From Octopus vulgaris (lineage: Eukaryota): a stretch of DNA of 64,000 bases. The stretch covers positions 22,506,001 through 22,570,000 of the forward strand of contig OX597841.1 of NCBI GenBank assembly GCA_951406725.2, written 5' to 3'. The notes beneath the pieces were generated by a model. That model saw only the letters and a program-made list of their open reading frames with translations. It made no database searches and was not told where the DNA came from. Below are positions 39,112 through 52,176 of this stretch, one piece after another. Every line of letters begins with the position of its first letter. Within the stretch, counting starts at the first letter, position 1. A program made the position numbers and the translations under genes.

Positions 39112-39633
39112 AAACAAATATCTTGTCTTTTACGTGCTCAAAGAGAATGGCGATAGTTTTCTAAAACAGTAATCAAATTTTGTTATAATGTTTTGAATGC
39201 AGTTTGGAAATGTTGAATCTGTATTTTTTTAAGTAGCCTCTATATCTTACACTGTTGTTTCTTTATTATTTCAGAATATCAGATGACATTGGCATAACTG
39301 AAGATACGTTCTCATTATTTATCAGCTTTTTAAAGACCAAAATGGAAATATTGTACAGAACAGATATATAAGATTGTTTCTATAAATCTGTGGTGGAATT
39401 CCTCTGATATATTTACTCTGAATTGTGTTATTAGCAAACCTTCTGGACATCACTGGCTGGAGTGTCTACAAGATGAGTCTCTTTGCAAATTAAACTTGGA
39501 TAAATTTACTAAAGAGCTTTGGGACAAAGGTAGCAATGGACTGAAATACAGCAGTCGAAATACTTGCAAACAAAAGACTATAGAAGCAAGAAGAAGAAAA
39601 AAATATCTATATTGTGTTTTTCGAAGAAAAATA

Positions 39634-41127
39634 ATGGAAAAAGGTGAAAAATTAAAGGAAGTGGTTTTTCCTGAGGATAGAGAAAAAGGGAGCAGAAAAT
39701 TGTCACATGACTGTGATGTGTGTAAAAAGTCCTTCTCTCAAAAAGGATATTTGAATAAGCACAAACGTATTCATACAGTAGAGAAGCCATTTAAATGTGA
39801 CATCTGTGGTAAATCATTTTCTATAAGTAGCCAATTAATCAGTCACAGTCATAGCCATACTGGAGAGAAGCCATTTCATTGTGGTGTCTGTGGTAAATCA
39901 TTCTCTTCATCCAGTGTCTTTGCTACACACAAGCGTATTCATACAGGGGAGAAGCCATTTCACTGTGACATCTGTGGTAAATCATTCTTTCAAAAACACA
40001 ACTTGACTAGACACAAACGTCTACATACTAGGGAGAAACCCTATCCCTGTGATGTCTGTAGTACATCATTCTCTGACCGAAGTGCTTTAAATTATCACAA
40101 GCGTGTTCATACAGGGGAGAAGCCATTTCACTGCGACATTTGTGGTAAATCATTCTCTCAAAAATGTGACTTATCTAGACACAAACGTATTCATACAGGA
40201 GAGAAGCCTTATCCCTGTGATGTCTGTGGTACATCATTCTCAGACCATAGTATTTTAACCACTCACATACGCGTTCATACAGGAGAGAAGCCATATCAGT
40301 GTAACATCTGTGGTAAATCATTCTCTCAAAGTAGTGTTTTAACTTCTCATAAACGTATTCACACAGGAGAGAAGCCATATCAATGCAACATCTGTGGCAA
40401 GTCTTTTTCTAGAAGTAGCACCCTAACTAAGCACAAACGTGTTCATACAGGAGAGACACCATATTTATGTGATATCTGTGGTAAATCATTCTCCCAAAGT
40501 GATAGCTTAGCTACTCACAAGCGTTTTCATACAGGGGAGAAGCCATATGGCTGTGATATCTGTGGTGAATCATTTTCTGTAAGTACTTACTTAATCAATC
40601 ACAGACATATCCATACAGGGGAGAAGCCATATCACTGTGATACTTGTGGTAAATCATTCTCTTCAGCCAGTGTCTTCGCTACCCACAAACGTATTCATAC
40701 AGGTGAGAAGCCATTTGACTGTGACGTTTGTGGTAAATCATTCTATCAAAAATATAAATTAACCACACACAAACGTATTCATACAGGAGAGAGGCCGTAT
40801 CACTGTGATGTCTGCGGTACATCATTCTCTGGCCAAAGTGCTTTAAATTCTCACATGCATCTCCATACGGGAGAAAAGCAATTTCACTGTGACATTTGTG
40901 ATAAATCATTCTCTCAAAAATATAACTTGACTAGACACAAACGTATTCATACCAGGGAAAAGCCTTATCACTGTGATGTCTGTGGTACATCATTCTCTGA
41001 CCAGAGTGCTTTAAATACTCATATACGTGTTCATACAGGGGAAAAACTATTTCACTGTGACATCTGTGGTAAGTCATTCTCACAAAAAAATAACTTAACT
41101 AGACACAAACATATTCATACTGGTTAG
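39634..41127 (+). CDS. C2H2 zinc-finger protein ZNF-E, 497 aa, 17 fingers
   Basis: ATG at 39634 (MEKGEK), acceptor at 39273-39274. Stop is TAG at the Glu position of a TGEK linker. Confidence 0.92.
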   Translation: MEKGEKLKEVVFPEDREKGSRKLSHDCDVCKKSFSQKGYLNKHKRIHTVEKPFKCDICGKSFSISSQLISHSHSHTGEKPFHCGVCGKSFSSSSVFATHKRIHTGEKPFHCDICGKSFFQKHNLTRHKRLHTREKPYPCDVCSTSFSDRSALNYHKRVHTGEKPFHCDICGKSFSQKCDLSRHKRIHTGEKPYPCDVCGTSFSDHSILTTHIRVHTGEKPYQCNICGKSFSQSSVLTSHKRIHTGEKPYQCNICGKSFSRSSTLTKHKRVHTGETPYLCDICGKSFSQSDSLATHKRFHTGEKPYGCDICGESFSVSTYLINHRHIHTGEKPYHCDTCGKSFSSASVFATHKRIHTGEKPFDCDVCGKSFYQKYKLTTHKRIHTGERPYHCDVCGTSFSGQSALNSHMHLHTGEKQFHCDICDKSFSQKYNLTRHKRIHTREKPYHCDVCGTSFSDQSALNTHIRVHTGEKLFHCDICGKSFSQKNNLTRHKHIHTG

Positions 41128-41676
41128 AAGTCATTTCAATGTCAGGAGTACATAGTTCTCTAACTGAAGTGGTTCAAATTCTCATGTTTACATACAAGGG
41201 AAAAGCAATTTCTCTGTGACATCTGTGGTAAATCATTCTCTCAAAAATATAACTTGACTAACCACATATGTTTATACTGGGAAGCCATATCACTGTGATA
41301 TCTGTGATACATCATTCTTTGGCTGAAGTGCTTTAAATTCTCACAAACGTGACCATAGAGCAGAGAAGCCATATTACTGTGATATCTGAGGTACATCATT
41401 CCCTGTGAGTTGTAATTTATCTAAACTCAGACATCTCCATACAGGTGAGAAGCGATATCACTGTGATGTCTGTGACAGATTGTTCTCCTGAAGTATATAA
41501 GTTGACAAACGTATTCATACTGGAGAGAAGCCATATTCTTGTGTAAATCATTCTCTCAAGGTAGCCACTTTGCTTCTCACAAACGTTTCCATACAGGTGA
41601 GAAGCCTTATCACTGATACCTGTGGTAAATTGTTCTCCTGACGTAGTTGCTTAACTATACACAAACGTATTCACAT
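41128..41676 (+). pseudogene. Heavily decayed finger repeats downstream of the ZNF-E stop
   Basis: Recurrent tgtgacatctgtggtaaatcattctc / catacaggtgagaagcc motifs with several stops and indels. Confidence 0.85.
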
Positions 41677-42918
41677 TATTTTGAATTCGTCGGGCATTAT
41701 CTGACAGCTTTCAAATTTGAATGGAGTGTTTATTTTTAGAATGACATTGTCGGGTAGGCGTAAGAGGCCAAGTCTGGCTAGTTTGATTAAAAAATAAGTA
41801 GAAAATTTGGGCTGGATATGGCTGATTTAAATTCTAAAAGATTAACACAAGAAATACCAATATTTCTTAGTGCAAGGACCATAGGGGGCCATTTTTGATT
41901 GCCAATGAAAATTTTTATGTTATAGAATTTATTTTAAATATAAACAAATGCATTGAATAAAGGATTTGAAAATACATTCTTTTAGCATTTATTTACATGT
42001 GAAAAATATATATCTATGCACATATACTTGATATGATGCTCATGATTGCACATTCAATACAGTTGTAGGAAACTAAAAAGTAATAAGCAGAATTGGTGAA
42101 AAATGACCGCTCGGTACTTCTGGTGTTCACTAAATGTGTATCTATTCATATAGATGTATGACTATCAATGTGACAATTCATAAGAACAATAAGCATTTTG
42201 AGCTCCTCCTAAATTGGTGATAGTGTTCTGGGCTTTCTCCATGGCATTAACTAAGCTACTCATCAGGGAATTGATGTAATTGTGGAAGTTCCTTCTATGA
42301 CAAAAAAGTAAATAAATAAGGGACACTCTCTACAACTGTATATTCACAGGAGAGGAGAAAGAACAGTGTGTGGTAACAACTTCCCACCTCTATAGTTTGT
42401 AAGATAACTTACCTGTGGGATATGCTTTTTAAAAACATGAGCTCCTCCTAAAATGGTAGTGTTGTGGGCTTTCTCCATAAAAATATATATCTATGCACAT
42501 ATACTTGATATGATGCTCATGATTGCTCATTCAATAGAGTTGTAGAAATTAAAAAGTAATAAGCAGAATTGGTGAAAAATAACCACTCGGTACTTCTGGT
42601 GTTAACTAAATGTGTATCTATTCATATAGATGTATGACTATCAATGTGACAATTCATAAGAACAATAAGCATTTTGAGCTCCTCCTAAATTGGTGGTAGT
42701 GTTCTGGGTTTTCTCCATGGCAATAACCAAGCTACTCATCAGGGAATTGCTGTAATTGTCAAAGCTCCTAGTATGCCAAAAAAAAAAAAAGGTGACACTC
42801 TGTAACTATAAATGTATTCACACAGGAGAGGAGGTAGAGCAGTGTGTGATAACAGCCTCCCAACTCTATAGTTTATGTCACCACATCTCAGGTAACTTAC
42901 CTGTGGGTTATTTTTTTC

Positions 42919-42924
42919 AATAAA
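42919..42924 (+). terminator. Putative polyadenylation signal of ZNF-E (homologs: ZNF-C 20188-20193, ZNF-D 30394-30399 on minus)
   Basis: AATAAA at the same position at the end of a 3' block conserved in three paralogs. Confidence 0.5.
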
Positions 42925-43124
42925 AGCAATTTCCTCCAGATTTTGAATAAGAGTTGTTTAAGGATGTTGAACAAAACACCCATGTTTCCAGAGGTGAATT
43001 ATTTAAACTCCAAAGAATCCCTCTCAACACATGGCTCTGATGCTCCCCCTCTACTTCTTTCTGGAATTGAGAATTCAAATTTCAGAAGATTAGTACTTAG
43101 TCCCTGTCACTTAGCGGTTTGGCA

Positions 43125-46041
43125 AAAGAGACCGATAGAATAAGTACTGGGCTTACAAAAGGATAAGTCCCGGGGTCGAGTTGCCGGATTAAAGGCGGTG
43201 CTCCAGCATGGCCGCAGTCAAATGACTGAAACAAGTAAAAGAGACTGATAGAATAAGTACTGGGCTTACAAAGAATAAGTCCCGGGGTCGAGTTGGCTGA
43301 TTAAAGGCGGTGCTCCAGCATGGCCGCAGTCAAATGACCGAAACGAGTAAAAGAGACCGATAGAATAAGTACTGGGCTTACAAAGAATAAGTCCCGGGGT
43401 CGAGTTGCCGGATTAAAGGCGGTGCTCCAGCATGGCCGCAGTCAAATGACTGAAACGAGTAAAAGAGACCGATAGAATAAGTACTGGGCTTACAAAGAAT
43501 AAGTCCCGGGGTCGAGTTGCCCGATTAAAAGCGGTGCTCCAGCATGGCTGCAGTCAAATGACTGTAACAAGTAAAAGAGACCGATAGAATAAGTACTGGG
43601 CTTACAAAGAATAAGTCCCGGGGTCGAGTTGGCCGATTAAAAGCGGTGCTCCAGCATGGCCGCAGTCAAATGACCGAAACAAGTAAAAAGACCGATAGAA
43701 TAAGTACTGGGCTTACAAAGAATAAGTCCCGGGGTCGAGTTGCCGGATTAAAGGCGGTGCTCAGCATGGCCACAGTCAAATGACTGAAACAAGTAAAAGA
43801 GACCGATAGAATAAGTACTGGGCTTACAAAGAATAAGTCCCGGGGTCGAGTTGCCGGATTAAAGGCGGTGCTCCAGCATGGCCACAGTCAAATGACCGAA
43901 ACAAGTAAAAGAGACCGATAGAATAAGTACTGGGCTTACAAAGAATAAGTCCCGGGGTCGAGTTGGCCGATTAAAAGCGGTGCTCCAGCATGGCCGCAGT
44001 CAAATGACCGAAACAAGTAAAAAAGACCGATAGAATAAGTACTGGGCTTACAAAGAATAAGTCCCGGGGTCGAGTTGCCGGATTAAAGGCGGTGCTCCAG
44101 CATGGCCACAGTCAAATGACTGAAACAAGTAAAAGAGACCGATAGAATAAGTACTGGGCTTACAAAGAATAAGTCCCGGGGTCGAGTTGCCGGATTAAAG
44201 GCGGTGCTCCAGCATGGCCACAGTCAAATGACCGAAACAAGTAAAAGAGACCGATAGAATAAGTACTGGGCTTACAAAGAATAAGTCCCGGGGTCGATTT
44301 GCCGGATTAAAGGCGGTGCTCCAGCATGGCCGCAGTCAAATGACTGAAACATGTAAAAGAGACCGATAGAATAAGTACTGGGCTTACAAAGAATAAGTCC
44401 CGGGGTCGATTTGCCGGATTAAAGGCGGTGCTCCAGCATGGCCGCAGTCAAATGACTGAAACATGTAAAAGAGACCGATAGAATAAGTACTGGGCTTACA
44501 AAGAATAAGTCCCGGGGTCGAGTTGCCCGATTAAAGGCGGTGCTCCAGCATGGCCGCAGTCAAATGACTGAAACAAGTAAAAGAGACCGATAGAATAAGT
44601 ACTGGGCTTACAAAGAATAAGTCCTGGGGTCGAGTTGCCGGATTAAAGGCGGTGCTCCAGTATGGCCGTAGTCAAATGACTGAAACAAGTAAAAGAGACC
44701 GATAGAATAAGTACTGGGCTTACAAAGAATAAGTCCCGGGGTCGAGTTGCCCGATTAAAGGCGGTGCTCTAGCATGGCCGCAGTCAAATGACTGAAACGA
44801 GTAAAAGAGACCGATAGAATAAGTACTGGGCTTACAAAGAATAAGTCCTGGGGTCGAGTTGCCGGATTAAAGGCGGTGCTCCAGCATGGCCGTAGTCAAA
44901 TGACTGAAACAAGTAAAAGAGACCGATAGAATAAGTACTGGGCTTACAAAGAATAAGTCCTGGGGTCGAGTTGCCGGATTAAAAGCGGTGCTCCAGCATG
45001 GCCGTAGTCAAATGACTGAAACAAGTAAAAGAGACCGATAGAATAAGTACTGGGCTTACAAAGAATAAGTCCCGGGGTCGATTTGCCGGATTAAAGGCGG
45101 TGCTCCAGCATGGCTGCCGTCAAATGACTGAAACAAGTAAAAGAGACCGATAGAATAAGTACTGGGCTTACAAAGAATAAGTCCCGGGGTCGAGTTGCCC
45201 GATTAAAGGCGGTGCTCCAGCATGGCCGCAGTCAAATGACTGAAGCAAGTAAAAGAGACCGATAGAATAAGTACTGGGCTTACAAAGAATAAGTCCTGGG
45301 GTCGAGTTGCCGGATTAAAGGCGGTGCTCCAGCATGGCCGTAGTCAAATGACTGAAACAAGTAAAAGAGACCGATAGAATAAGTACTGGGCTTACAAAGA
45401 ATAAGTCCTGGGGTCGAGTTGCCGGATTAAAGGCGGTGCTCCAGCATGGCCGCAGTCAAATGACTGAAACAAGTAAAAGAGACCGATAGAATAAGTACTG
45501 GGCTTACAAAGAATAAGTCCCGGGGTCGAGTTGCCCGATTAAAGGCGGTGCTCTAGCATGGCCGCAGTCAAATGACTGAAACGAGTAAAAGAGACCGATA
45601 GAATAAGTACTGGGCTTACAAAGAATAAGTCCCGGGGTCGAGTTGCCCGATTAAAGGCGGTGCTCCAGCATGGCCGCAGTCAAATGACTGAAACAAGTAA
45701 AAGAGACCGATAGAATAAGTACTGGGCTTACAAAGAATAAGTCCTGGGGTCGAGTTGCCGGATTAAAGGCGGTGCTCCAGCATGGCCGCAGTCAAATGAC
45801 TGAAACAAGTAAAAGAGACCGATAGAATAAGTACTGGGCTTACAAAGAATAAGTCCCGGGGTCGAGTTGGCCGATTAAAGGCGGTGCTCCAGCATGGCTG
45901 CAGTCAAATGACTGAAACAAGTAAAAGAGACCGATAGAATAAGTACTGGGCTTACAAAGAACAAGTCCCGGGGTCGAGTTGCCCGATTAAAGGCGGTGCT
46001 CCAGCATGGCCGTAGTCAAATGACTGAAACAAGTAAAAGAG
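43125..46041 (+). repeat. 112-bp tandem repeat (~26 copies) made of the 3' end of a CORE-like SINE (family S2)
   Basis: Unit gagaccgatagaataagtactgggcttacaaagaataagtcccggggtcgag...gactgaaacaagtaaaa (period 43355 to 43467); the same sequence forms the 3' end of dispersed S2 copies. Confidence 0.96.
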
Positions 46042-46111
46042 TAAATGATGCTGGTTCAACAACAATAACAATAATAATAGAAACATCGAAGAGTAATATT
46101 TCTGAAAATAT

Positions 46112-48797
46112 TTATTTGTCATAATGAAAGAAAGCAAAAGATTGTCGTCCTATGGTAATCCCAAAAACCACGAACGAAACGTCTGTAATATCAAAACCAA
46201 GAACTGTAAAGACATCATTATCATCCCATCTGAGGAGTAAATATTCTTGAATATTTTCAGATGTTTGGTGTTCAATATGTCCAGGTATTTGGTAAATATT
46301 GCTGTATTTATCTGTTATATAAACACAGTCGCCACGTGTGGTTAGATACGGTCTGTACATATTATACTCAATATCTCCTGATAGTTTCATCTTCCTGATC
46401 AGATGTTCCCTATACCAACAGACAACATACTGATACCCACCATTCATATCTGCTGGCTCAACCATTTCCCAATTCATAACAACAATATCACCATCAGATG
46501 TCGCTATTACGTCACAAAATACCTTCTCCAATTCCAGCACTTCGTTCACCTCTCCTGAACAAATTTCCCGATTGAATTTACGCGTCTCACCATTGATATC
46601 AACTAAATCTACATAGGTGTGATAGTATCTTCCAGCCTCAGTTACGGCTCTAATATAATGACCACCACACACGAGTTGATTGTCGTTGTATTTATAAATA
46701 CTGTTGTAGAATTTTTCAGTTTTGATGGTTTTTAAACGACAGAGATCCCTGTTGAAGAACATCAGTTGTTCACCAAAGACGATTATGAAACACTGATCTG
46801 TCCACCGACATATGTCTAATGATTTTTGTTGTGGTAGTTGTTCATGTTGAAGTATGTCTCCCGTTGTTGTATTAATTAATGTAACCGTGTCTCTAAACAT
46901 CAACACACTCACGTTCTCATCCAACTTAATTAGTTTACTGTTATAATCTCTATTGTCCACATAAAAATAATTAACAGGTTCCTCGAATGCAGGAATGGAA
47001 AAAGGGACCATTGCTGTCCTATATGGAAGTCTCCTCACTGATATTTCATCAGTTCCTGACATACTCTCTGCTATGTAATTACCACATCTCACCTTTACTC
47101 TACCTTTACTAATTATTTCACCTGATTTATCTCTTCCTCTCCTCCCATCTCCTCTACTGTATTTCAGTTCATTAATTAATTCATTACTGAATATTCTATT
47201 ATCCCACTGAGATGTAATGGAAGGGAAATGAAGACCAGAATCAAGATTTAATAACGACACAGATTCCAGAATGTTCACTTGGTCCCCATCAATCTTTATG
47301 CAATGACATTCAATCAATTCAGTATGTGCGCACCAGTAAATATTCCCCACTTTTCTCCATATTACACCATAAGGGATGAGACTCGACCAAACTTTATGGT
47401 TCACCAAATCTTGTTTCAGTTGAAATATTTCTTGTCTGTTTGGAAGTGTGACCATTATCTCTCTTTCTCCTGTAAAACACACACCACCAACTAAACTTCC
47501 AACATTTCTGTGACATAACAACTTCCCGTCTTCATCGAATATTTTAACATTTCCATTATTGGCTTTTTCACACACAACTGTCTTTCCTTCCTCAGAGACA
47601 TCAATATCTTTCACTTGAACAGGAAATTTGTCTGTTTGCAAACAACAGGTAGGGAATCTCTCCCTATTAACATCAAACAAACCTTCAACATACAATTTAT
47701 CTCTGTGACTTCCAACAAACCTTGGTCCTTTACAGTCTATACTGTAGAAATTTACTTCACCTTTATAAATTCTTTCATTTAAAAATATTCTGTCATATTC
47801 ACCTGTGTATGTCAAGCACGTAATGGTTTCGTACAAACCGTAAACATCATATCTTTCCCACCATGCATTAATATACATATAACAGTCATCAATTGTCATG
47901 GGCTTAATGTTACTGTTATATTCCTTGTAGTGTCTAACTGAATATAAATACTGACCATCACTACTGAGGAAATTGATGAAATTGTCATTGCTGACAACAA
48001 TATCATCATTAGCAGTAACTGTAATATTGCATATGCCTTCAACATAATCAATAACCTCACCACCTCTCGTTAATAATGTCTCAGGTATGTCTATTTGCTT
48101 CATTATATTCACAGTCGAATGGATTTCATCAATATCAATGACATACAAAGTACGTTCATCTCCATCCCAACTACATAACAGTAGATTGTCCGAAAAAGAA
48201 GTAATATGTTTATATTTATCTCTCGTTTGGTAATTTACTAATGACAATGGAAATTCCACTTTTAATGTCAACAATCGGTATTTATCATCCTCAGTCGTAA
48301 TGACCAGTGTGTTTGACTGCCATCGACACATATTGATGGGAGAGACATTCAATTTGATAGAATCCATGAGTTGACCATCAAATGTGAATAACTTAACATT
48401 TTCATTTTTCCTGTCATATCCTGCAATCAGGTTATTTTCAGTAACAACCAAACGATCAATTTTCACTCGCAATTTGTCACCCAAATGTTGAGGGAGATGA
48501 ATATGTCTGGCTTTGTCAGAAACTGTCAGGTCCTGTAGATATAAAGTGGAAGACAACATTTCACTGACAGAAATGTTTCTGGAAAATACATCCACCAGGT
48601 CGATGTAATAATTAAGTTGATTATTAGTAACGAGATCTCTCAACACCAAATTATGATCATTTATGGCAAACATACGAGTGTTGTCTATCAGATAGATAAA
48701 CATTTTATCTATACAACCACCATAGAGATTGGGGGCAGGTTTCATTTGGGATAGTAAAACACTGGGGACCGTCTTACCACTACTACTACTACTGCTG

Positions 48798-48855
<58 letters not shown>

Positions 48856-51539
48856 CACTACCACCACTACTACTTCTACGACGACGTCTACTATCATGAC
48901 CACCACCACCAACACTAGTGCAGCATTGAAATACTCTTCTCTTAGTAACAATTAATAACTTTTGTGTTTCATTTTCTATTGCTAATGCTTTCACTAGAAA
49001 AGGGATATTAATTATCTTAATTACTTCAACTTGATTAAAGTTTTTAATGGCCAAAACATCTAAATGTGATGGTTTATCACAATAACAAACAATTTCACAT
49101 TCACCCATCTTACACACCCGTACATAAGGCTGTCTTAATGATATACTTCTCACTGTCTTTGATAGGTTTCCAATGACCCTTAATTGTTTCTGTAGGGGTA
49201 ATGTGACACCTATATGATTAGAATCCCATCGACATATATCTGTGGCTGTAGACGGCAGAGATAATCTGGACACAATGTCTCCTTCCTGAGAAATGTATAA
49301 CAAGCAATCATGCTTGATGTCAGACACCACCAACTGTCCATTGAACAGATTACATATTTTGCCAATGACAAGTTTTTGGTCATTCTCCTTTTCTTTGAGT
49401 CGTAGATTTAGATTTCTGATATAAGGTTTTTACGGGTGTAAACAACAGCCAGAAGACCGGTCATGATTCTTGTATAGAAGAACCCTGTTGAGTTGAGTGT
49501 CCGGGACATAAAGAGTTCCTTGGAAAACAGCAATGTGAGGGTGAACAGGGAAAGGCAGTTCCCACTGCCATTTCATTTCTCCATATAGATCGTAGCATCT
49601 GAGAATAGAGTGTCTCCTGAAGAGGACATAGAAATAAACATTATCAGAGTAGATGTGATGAGGGTAGCCATAGAATGGAAGGTATTTTTGAAAAAGTTCT
49701 TCACCACATGTGGAATAAAATACCATTTTATTTTCGCTTCCATCTACGACTACAAAATTAATTGGAGTTGCAGCAATGCTGACATTATGATGTCCCAGAG
49801 AAATTCTTTCTATAATGTCAACTTTATCATCCTTGATCAAGAGGATATGGACCTCGTGTTTGTTTCCATTTGTGGTTAGAGCTAAACACTTATTTGATAC
49901 AATATGACATAGTTTAATGTAATCAGTATGGACTTTCATTAAAGGGCCTTTCATTAGCCCAGGACATGTGATACACTGAAATGCTTTGTTTTCACGATAA
50001 AACACCAGAAATCCTTTAGAATTCATTCTACAAAAGCAAGAAGGAATCTCAAGGAAAGTTGAATTATTTTGGTTAATTATTTCTCCAGTCTCAGTGAATA
50101 ATATAGCTTTATTATTCCTGTAGAATATTAATATAGAAGATGTAGACATAGGTAGAATATTAGTAACGTTGTAGCAATCCTCAATATAAATATAGTTGTT
50201 CAATCTTGGGGTCCATAGCTGGGAGTTATATGACTGCCTGGGCCAAAAGTCTTCATTTGTTCCAATGATATGAAGGACATCAAAATAATCGGTTACAAAA
50301 ATGTTTTTTTTGCCAACAGAAATATGGCGGCATTTCATGCCAATTTCTCTTGTTGTCACATATCCGATAAATGAATATGTCCCTGGAGGTCCTTGTATGA
50401 CAAATAATATGTCCCTGGAGGACATAAAAATGGTTTTGATACACAGAGATGTGGCTTGGAATGTCCAGAGAATTGGTATCCACCTCAAATAACTGCTGGC
50501 CATCCACATTGTAACAGGTAACCCTGTTAATATTGGAAAAGGATACTAAGAGTTTATTTTGTGCTCCTACAGCAATATCTGTTGGTGTTTCTTTGGTTAT
50601 GAATTCGTATGTTATTCTATTCTCTTCCCAGTCAATGACGTATATGGTCCGACCAAACAGTTCTACACCTATAAGCGTAGAATGTTCCAAATAAGAAACC
50701 AAGATTAATCCTAGCTGAATTCTTTTGATTTTAAAACTTAAAGGGTTGATAATAAGAATCATTTTTCTAAAGGGGAGGGTGGCCAGGACTGTGTCTTCAC
50801 TGATTCTGGTAAAGTCAGTAACAGAAGATGAGCAATGAACATCGTTTCTGTTGCCGTCTCTTGTTACACAACATATTGACATGCAGTGGCGGGAATATGT
50901 TACAATTCCCCCTTGTATGACAACAATATTGGATATTGGGTTGCTTAAGTCTTCACCAGATTCCTCAATCTTTGCTTCTCTGGTTACAACCGAAGAATGT
51001 GGCCGAAATTTCTTGATTATTTTTGGTGCTTCAATGGTTTTGTGTTTGTCTTGAAAAACATTTGTCTTAACGTATTGTTCCAGAAAACATTCAAGATTCG
51101 CAAAAATGACAAAATCTTGGCTGTAATTATACTTCTTAATGTCTTTCTGCAAAATTTCTATTTTCTGTGTAAAATCTTTTAGAAAAGTATTTTCATCCAT
51201 TCCTATTCTTTTTAAAAAAGTACATATTTCTTTCCGAGAATTTATCAACAAATCAATTTTGTCCTCATAGGCATTGAATCTTGTATAATATACACGTTTG
51301 TCCAAAATATCTCCTTTTCTAATTATTTCCCAGTTTTTATCGTCTCCTTTATGTCTTTTTTGTTTTGTTGTTGGCTGAGATGAAGATCGTTTCTGTGATA
51401 CTTCTCGCCTTGATCCATCATCTCTCCAGTATCGGCACTTTTTATGATAGACATCTTCTTCTCTTTCTGATGTTGAGCCCCAGGAGGATCTTTTCAGGGA
51501 TGCAAGTCTTCTTGAAGTATTTCCTGATTTGTCTTCCAT
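46112..51539 (-). pseudogene. Large single-exon gene, ~1800 aa when joined: basic N-terminus, short coiled-coil-like segment, then ~6 tandem NHL-like beta-propeller modules; one frameshift (~50370-50420) and one in-frame TAA (49430-49432)
   Basis: Three track ORFs (50280-51539, 49430-50509, 46112-49333) join. The last two share a frame, with 32 sense codons after the TAA. Recurrent blade motifs: DFTRISEDTVLATLP, CFCRMNSKGFLVF, DICRWDSNHIGVTLP, NMCRWQSNTLVIT, GVCFTGEREIMVTLP, DICRWTDQCFIIV. Acceptor ttttcttcatAG lies 7 nt before the ATG. Confidence 0.75.
48775..48912 (-). repeat. (AGT)n/(GGT)n/(CGT)n microsatellite encoding an in-frame Gly/Arg/poly-Ser insert
   Basis: (tac)n run on the plus strand; translation GGGGHDSRRRRRSSSGGSG(S)n in the 1073-aa ORF. 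Confidence 0.95.
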
Positions 51540-52176
51540 AGTGAATCTATGAAGAAAAATAAGAAAAACAATTAGCTTAGTGAAAGCGTCAAAGTTTCAG
51601 GGACATAATGATTCCTTCCTTATTTCAAATACTCAAAGGCAGCGAGCTGGCAGAATCGTTAGCACGCCGGGTGAAATGCTTAGCGGTATTTCGTCTGTCG
51701 CAACATTCTGAGTTCAAATTCTGCTGAGGTCGACTTTGCCATTCATCTTTTCGGGGGTCAATAAATTAGGTACCAGTTGGGTGCTGGGGTTGATGTGATT
51801 GACTGTTCCCCTCCCCACAAAATCCAGGCCTTGTGCCTATAGTAGAAAGGATTATTTTTAATACACAAAACATGTACGCATTTCTATCAAAGGTAGTCGA
51901 GTTGACATTTATTCAACTTTTCCCATGTAATCCTTTCTACTAAAGGCCTAAAGTTTGGTGGGAGGGCACAAGTCGATTACATCGACTCCAGTGCATAACT
52001 GGTACTTAATTTATAGACAACAAAAGGATGAAAGGCAAAGTCGACCTTGGCAGAATTTGAACTCAGAACGTAGCAACAGGTGAAATACCATTAAGCATCT
52101 TGCCCAGTGTGCTAACAATTCTGCCATCTTGCTGCCTTATTTTCCCAGTAAAAGGATTAGCAACAAACAACTTGTC

